This document shows positions 6,051 through 10,376 of a stretch of DNA of 10,376 nt, one piece after another. Source of the stretch: Candidatus Eiseniibacteriota bacterium. Its GTDB lineage: Bacteria; Eisenbacteria; RBG-16-71-46. A model generated the notes under the pieces. It saw only the letters and a list, made by a program, of their open reading frames with translations. It had not been told where the DNA came from and searched no databases. Made by a program: the position numbers and the translations under genes. The stretch is taken from assembly GCA_031366795.1 (NCBI GenBank), contig JANLOX010000175.1, positions 1-10,376 of the forward strand, in the 5' to 3' direction. Each line of letters starts with the position of its first letter. Positions within the stretch are counted from its first letter, which is position 1.

Positions 6051-6119
6051 CGTCGCGGCGTTGCGCGCTTCGGCGCGATCGGGCAGCATCGCCGCGATGC
6101 TCCGCCTGCCGGCCCACTC

Positions 6120-6725
6120 ATGACCCCGGACGCTCCGGCTCCGGATGAACACTCGTTCGAGGCGCTGCTCGCCTCGGTCATGGACCGCGCCTACTCGCTC
6201 GCCTCCCACCTGACGCATGACCGCGACGACGCCGCGGACATCGTGCAGACGGCGGCGCTCCAGGCGTTTCGCGCATTCCACCAGTACCAGCCCGGGACGA
6301 ACTTCCGCGCCTGGTTCCTGCGCATCCTAACCAACTGCTTCCTCGCGCAGTACCGCATGACCAAGCGCCGGCCGCGGCCCACCGCGATCGAGGATGTCGA
6401 ACCGCTGGTGCTCTACGACCGCGCCGCCGAGCTGGGCCTGCTCACGCAGAGCCCCGATCCGGCGGCGCGCGTGCTCGAGAATCTCGGGGTTGCGGACATC
6501 CAGGCCGCGATCCATGCGCTGCCCGATGACTTCCGGCTCACCTGCGCGCTGTATTTCGTAGAGCAGCTGTCGTACCAGGAGATCGCGGAAGTGACGGAGG
6601 TCGCCCTGGGAACGGTGCGCTCGCGACTCCATCGTGGCCGCCGACTATTGCAGCGCGAATTGTGGACGCGCGCGCGTGCGCACGGCATCGTCGGCGGGCA
6701 GGAGCCCGGGGAGTCCAGGCCATGA
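6120..6725 (+). CDS. ECF RNA polymerase sigma factor, SigR/SigH-like
   Basis: Region 2 AFRAFHQYQPGTNFRAWFLRILTN and region 4 LSYQEIAEV..VALGTVRSRLHRGRRLL closely follow the SigR/SigH pattern. Followed by a ZAS anti-sigma. No clear SD, so the start is approximate. Confidence 0.93.
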   Translation: MTPDAPAPDEHSFEALLASVMDRAYSLASHLTHDRDDAADIVQTAALQAFRAFHQYQPGTNFRAWFLRILTNCFLAQYRMTKRRPRPTAIEDVEPLVLYDRAAELGLLTQSPDPAARVLENLGVADIQAAIHALPDDFRLTCALYFVEQLSYQEIAEVTEVALGTVRSRLHRGRRLLQRELWTRARAHGIVGGQEPGESRP

Positions 6726-6779
6726 GGGGCAGGTGCTTGCGACAAACGGCGAGGCGGCTTGCAAAGCCTTGGGATCGAC

Positions 6780-6808
6780 GGGAACTTTCCAGAACAACCC
6801 TTACATTA
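6780..6808 (+). promoter_or_regulatory. Possible ECF-sigma promoter upstream of the anti-sigma gene
   Basis: GGGAACTTT -35-like element (6780-6788) followed by ACATTA (6803-6808) in an AT-richer gap. The -10 sequence and spacing are imperfect. Confidence 0.35.
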
Positions 6809-6818
6809 GAAAGAGCGC

Positions 6819-7097
6819 ATGCCGTCACCGACGCCATTTGATTGCGCCGAGGCGTTTGCGCGCCTCGACGACTACCTCGATCGCGAACTCGCTCCGGACG
6901 AGATGGAGCGCGTGCGCGAACATCTCGAGGTGTGCGCCATCTGCGCCGCGGAGTTCCGCTTCGAGGCGCGCGTGATCGAGGTGCTGAAGAGCCGCATCGG
7001 GAGCCTGCGCGCCCCTGATGAATTGCGCGCGCGTGTGGAGCAGGCGGTGGCGCGGGCGCGCGCCGAGGATGCGCCGCCCCGCAGCCCCGCGGCGTGA
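6819..7097 (+). CDS. Soluble zinc-binding anti-sigma factor (ZAS, RsrA/RshA-like)
   Basis: 92 aa; N-terminal Cys (FDCAE), LDDYLDREL, HLEVCAIC (HxxxCxxC), APDELRARV; no transmembrane segment. Confidence 0.92.
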   Translation: MPSPTPFDCAEAFARLDDYLDRELAPDEMERVREHLEVCAICAAEFRFEARVIEVLKSRIGSLRAPDELRARVEQAVARARAEDAPPRSPAA

Positions 7098-9115
7098 GCC
7101 GGGTACCTTTGGCCCGCGCATGGACGCAGGCGCACCGCGACCCGACGGCCGAGTGGCTCGAGACGGACGGGCTCGGCGGGTTCGCGAGCGGCTGCGCGAG
7201 CGGCATCCGCACCCGGCGCTACCACGCGCTGTTGCTCGCAGCGCTGACTCCGCCGACCGGGCGGCACGTGCTCGTCAATGACGTGGATGTCACTGTCGAG
7301 ACCGCGCGCGGGGCATCGCCGTTGAGCTCGCATCGTTACGCGGGCGATGTCGTTTATCCCGATGGCGCTTCGCGAATCGATGCGTTCTCGCATGAGCCTT
7401 GGCCGTGTTGGCGTTGCCGTCTAGAGGGTGGCGCGTTTGTCGTATATGAAGTCATGGTGCCGCACCACGGCGCGGGCGTTTTGCTGCGCTGGACGTTGGT
7501 GAGCGACACGGTCGCGGCGACGTTGCCCGCGGCAACGCTGCGTGTGCGGCCGTTCCTCTCCGTGCGCGACGCTCACGTGCTGACCACCCGCAGCGACGCG
7601 TTCAAGTTCGACGCCGAACTCAACGCGGGGCGCGTGGCATGGCTGCCCTATCCCGCGCTGCCGGTGATCGCCGCCTATTCGAATGGGACCTATACGCACG
7701 CGCCCGACTGGTACCGGCAGTTCCTCTACACCGAGGAGCGTTTACGCGGACTCGACGACACCGAAGACCTCGCAGCACCCGGAGTGTTCTCGTTCGAGCT
7801 GACGAGGGGACCTGCGATTCTCGCACTCGTCGCGGAGGGCGCCACGCTCGATAGCGCGCCGTTCGACCGCCTGCGCGCCGCGGCCGCCGACACCACCTCG
7901 CGCCGCGACGCGCGCATCAAGGCCGCCGCGGTCGCACTCGGGGCGAGCGAGCAGACGCGGCGTTCACGTTTTCCCAGCCCACTGCACCGCGCCGCCGACG
8001 CCTACATTGTGCACCGCAACAGCGGGCTCACGGTGATCGCTGGCTACCCGTGGTTCACGGACTGGGGCCGCGACACCTTCATCGCTCTGCGCGGCCTGTG
8101 CTTCGCCGGTGGGCGGCTCGATGCCGCGGGCGCCATTCTCGAGGAGTGGGCCGCCACGGTTTCCGAGGGCATGGTGCCCAATCGCTTCATCGACGACGGC
8201 GATGTCGCCGAGTTCAACTCGGTCGATGCCTCGCTGTGGTACGCCATCGCCGCGATGGAGTATCTCGACCACATGAAACGCCGGCGCCGTCACGTGGCAG
8301 ACCCCCTCGCCACCGCGCTGCGCCAGGCCGTCGAGGCGATCCTCGATGGCTACACGCGCGGTACGCGCTACGGCATTCGGCTCGATGACGACGGCCTGAT
8401 CGCCGCAGGACAGCCCGGAGCGCAGCTGACCTGGATGGACGCGAAGGTGGGCGACTGGGTGGTGACACCGCGCACGGGCAAGCCCGTCGAGATCCAGGCG
8501 CTGTGGCTCAACGCCCTCAAGCTGGCGCAGCGCTACTCCGATCGCTGGGAGGCCTCGCGACTCAAGGGGCAGCAGTCGTTCGGCGAGCGCTTCTGGAATC
8601 CCGCGACGGGCGGCCTGTTCGATGTCGTCGATGTCGATCACATCGCCGGCACCGCGGACGGAACGATCCGGCCCAACATGTTGTTCGCCATCGGCGGCCT
8701 GCCCGAATCACTCATTGAAGGAGCGCGGGCGCGCAGTGTCGTGGACCTCGCCGAGCAGGAATTGTGGACGCCGATGGGGCCGCGGTCCCTGGCACCCAGC
8801 GATCCGCGATTCTGCCCCGTGCACACCGGCCCGCCGCTGCAACGCGATGGCGCCTACCACCAGGGCACCGTGTGGCCATGGCTCGCCGGCCCATTCGTTG
8901 AAGCCTGGCTGCGCGTGCACGGGACAACGCCCGAGACCCAGCGCGAGGCGCGGGAGCGATTCGTAGCCCCACTGCTGGCGCACCTCGAGCAGGCGGGGCT
9001 GGGGCATGTTTCGGAGATCGCCGATGGGGCATCGCCGCACACGCCCAAGGGATGCCCATTCCAGGCGTGGTCGGTGGGGGAGTTGCTGCGGCTCGTGGAT
9101 CTGTGCGGGGAATAA
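7094..9115 (+). CDS. Glycogen debranching enzyme (amylo-alpha-1,6-glucosidase; GDE N-terminal + C-terminal domains)
   Basis: EWLETDGLGGFASG, TRRYHALL, VIAGYPWFTDWGRDTFI, QLTWMDAK, TPRTGKPVEIQALW, AYHQGTVWPWL, GCPFQAWSVGE. GTG start overlaps the upstream TGA (GTGA 7094-7097). Confidence 0.95.
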   Translation: MSRVPLARAWTQAHRDPTAEWLETDGLGGFASGCASGIRTRRYHALLLAALTPPTGRHVLVNDVDVTVETARGASPLSSHRYAGDVVYPDGASRIDAFSHEPWPCWRCRLEGGAFVVYEVMVPHHGAGVLLRWTLVSDTVAATLPAATLRVRPFLSVRDAHVLTTRSDAFKFDAELNAGRVAWLPYPALPVIAAYSNGTYTHAPDWYRQFLYTEERLRGLDDTEDLAAPGVFSFELTRGPAILALVAEGATLDSAPFDRLRAAAADTTSRRDARIKAAAVALGASEQTRRSRFPSPLHRAADAYIVHRNSGLTVIAGYPWFTDWGRDTFIALRGLCFAGGRLDAAGAILEEWAATVSEGMVPNRFIDDGDVAEFNSVDASLWYAIAAMEYLDHMKRRRRHVADPLATALRQAVEAILDGYTRGTRYGIRLDDDGLIAAGQPGAQLTWMDAKVGDWVVTPRTGKPVEIQALWLNALKLAQRYSDRWEASRLKGQQSFGERFWNPATGGLFDVVDVDHIAGTADGTIRPNMLFAIGGLPESLIEGARARSVVDLAEQELWTPMGPRSLAPSDPRFCPVHTGPPLQRDGAYHQGTVWPWLAGPFVEAWLRVHGTTPETQREARERFVAPLLAHLEQAGLGHVSEIADGASPHTPKGCPFQAWSVGELLRLVDLCGE

Positions 9116-9135
9116 TGGATCTGTGCGGGGAATAA
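9096..9135 (+). repeat. Perfect 20-bp tandem duplication spanning the debranching-enzyme stop codon
   Basis: TGGATCTGTGCGGGGAATAA at 9096-9115 and again at 9116-9135, followed by TG. Confidence 0.95.
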
Positions 9136-9199
9136 TGCGGCGGGATGTCGTAGGGTGGTGCCGTCGAGCAAGCTGCGGGCCCGCTCCGCGACGGAGACC

Positions 9200-9287
9200 G
9201 CAACCCTATGGTCCGCTTCACGTTCCCCCGGATATTGTCATAATCGGCACCGCACCGCCCAACCAATCAGCCGCTCACGAGGTCCAA
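9200..9287 (+). promoter_or_regulatory. Candidate promoters for second ECF operon
   Basis: GCAAC-N16-CGTT (9200-9224, ECF-like); extended -10 TGTCATAAT (9236-9244, sigma70-like); CAAC-N17-GGTCCAA (9260-9287, ECF-like). Confidence 0.35.
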
Positions 9288-9295
9288 CTCTTCGC

Positions 9296-9874
9296 ATGGA
9301 GCACTCGCGCCCCGGAGTGAGCCCCTCTCAGGGCCCGGAGCCTGTCCAGCCTGCTGCTGGACATGCCGGGGATGTTGCTCGTGCCGCGAATGGGGACGCA
9401 CAGGCCTATCGCCGTGTGTACGAGGCCCACGTCGGGCGGATCCACAGCCTGGCGCGGCGCATGATCGGTCCCGATCTGGCGGACGAGGCAACACAGGATG
9501 TGTTCGTGCGGGCGTGGCAAAAACTCAGTTCCTTCCGGGGCGAATCGGCCTTCGGGACGTGGTTGTACCGGCTGGCGATCAACCTGCTGCTGTCGCGCAG
9601 GGCGCAGCTGGCGAAGTTGCGGGGACGGGAAGTGTCGGATGACGAACTGGTGGCGCTGCAACCGGACAGGCCGCGGCCGGGCGATCTGAGTCTTGACTTC
9701 GAGACGGCGATTTCGGGGTTGCCGGAGGGCGCGCGGCAGGTGTTCGTGATGCACGATATCGAGGGCTACAAGCACGAAGAGATTGGCGCGATGCTGGGCG
9801 TCACGACCGGCACGTCGAAGGCCCAGCTGCACCGGGCGCGCATGTTGTTGCGACGCGTGTTGAGCAAGGGATGA
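9296..9874 (+). CDS. ECF RNA polymerase sigma factor (SigW/RpoE-like)
   Basis: ADEATQDVFVRAWQKLSSFRGESAFGTWLYRLAIN (region 2) and LPEGARQVFVMHDIEGYKHEEIGAMLGVTTGTSKAQLHRAR (region 4). ATG 9296 preferred over the ORF-track start at 9155. Confidence 0.93.
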   Translation: MEHSRPGVSPSQGPEPVQPAAGHAGDVARAANGDAQAYRRVYEAHVGRIHSLARRMIGPDLADEATQDVFVRAWQKLSSFRGESAFGTWLYRLAINLLLSRRAQLAKLRGREVSDDELVALQPDRPRPGDLSLDFETAISGLPEGARQVFVMHDIEGYKHEEIGAMLGVTTGTSKAQLHRARMLLRRVLSKG

Positions 9875-9887
9875 ACGGAGGACGAGC

Positions 9888-10376
9888 GTGAGCGAGGCGA
9901 TCGAACACCCGGAACTCGAGCTGTCGTCGTATCTCGACGGCGAACTCGACTCAGGCGCGCGAGGGCGGCTCGAGGCGCATCTCGAGAGCTGTGGCGCATG
10001 CAGCGCGCTGCTGGCCGAGTTGCGTGGCCTCGTGACGTTCGCGCAGTCGCTCGAGGACCGCGCTCCCGCGGCCGACTTGTGGGGCGGTATCGAAGCGCGC
10101 ATCGCGGCGCCGGCTGTAGCATCCCCGCTGGTGCTGCACCCGGTGGCGCGCGCGCGCGCGATGGCGCTGCGCTTCAGCTTCTCGTTCCCGCAGCTCGCCG
10201 CGGCGGCGATGTTCGTGGCGCTGTTGTCGGGCGGCACCGTTTGGTGGATGGGCAGGTCGATGTCGCACGGCACCTCGCCCGCGGCGGGCATGGCCGCCAG
10301 CAGCAGTACGGCAAATAGTGGTGCGGCCAGCACGGGCAGCGGCACCAGCGATGCCAGCACGGCCGACTTCGAGATT
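9888..10376 (+). CDS. Membrane-anchored zinc-binding anti-sigma factor (ZAS), 3' truncated by window edge; absent from supplied ORF track
   Basis: SD GGAGG (9877-9881) and GTG 9888. My translation: MSEAIEHPELELSSYLDGEL...AHLESCGAC (HxxxCxxC)...DLWGGIEARI...QLAAAAMFVALLSGGTVWWM (hydrophobic TM), then a Ser/Ala/Thr-rich linker, open to the end. Confidence 0.9.
   Translation, partial: MSEAIEHPELELSSYLDGELDSGARGRLEAHLESCGACSALLAELRGLVTFAQSLEDRAPAADLWGGIEARIAAPAVASPLVLHPVARARAMALRFSFSFPQLAAAAMFVALLSGGTVWWMGRSMSHGTSPAAGMAASSSTANSGAASTGSGTSDASTADFEI

Noticed and set aside
6048..6101. Selenocysteine recoding at TGA 6048
   Set aside because: The hairpin loop UUCG lacks the leading G typical of bacterial SECIS loops, and the position does not correspond to a catalytic Cys.
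6724..6741. GG-N10-GC with TTGC after the first ECF sigma
   Set aside because: Overlaps the stop codon region, has poor -24 context and no associated enhancer; likely chance.
9096..9135. Repeat considered as a CRISPR remnant
   Set aside because: Two abutting copies with no spacer and no cas genes.
9275..10360. 361-aa minus-strand ORF with signal-peptide-like start
   Set aside because: Antisense to the ECF sigma and the ZAS anti-sigma, both of which have clear motifs.
1..10376. Window begins and ends with the same hexamer GAGATT
   Set aside because: Only 6 bp, both ends fall inside reading frames, and there is no transposase, integrase or terminal inverted repeat. Treated as coincidence or a windowing effect, not a target-site duplication.

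Overview
GC-rich bacterial window with two parts. Positions 1-6050 are a flagellar locus. On the minus strand are a sigma54 enhancer-binding protein with a degenerate receiver domain, a short FlgB-like gene behind a sigma54 promoter, and the probable 5' end of flgC. On the plus strand are flgL, a minimal alphaproteobacterial-style flagellin, flbT, flaF, a flgM-like anti-sigma28 gene and a CheY-like pseudo-receiver. Three GCTCAAG-N14/15-(G/T)CCGA sigma28-type promoters are visible. Positions 6120-10376 hold a SigR/SigH-like ECF sigma with an RsrA-like zinc anti-sigma coupled to a glycogen debranching enzyme, then a second ECF sigma with a membrane-anchored zinc anti-sigma cut by the window edge. 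The main point of interest is an apparently hybrid flagellar control circuit. The FlbT/FlaF post-transcriptional module sits inside a FlgM/sigma28 plus sigma54 hierarchy. It comes with a repeated CGGCA-N5-TGCCG candidate enhancer, a structured flagellin leader that hides the SD, and CsrA-like GGA hairpins. A Gemmatimonadota-like host is only my impression from protein style and is not established. All calls are by eye, with no database searches run.
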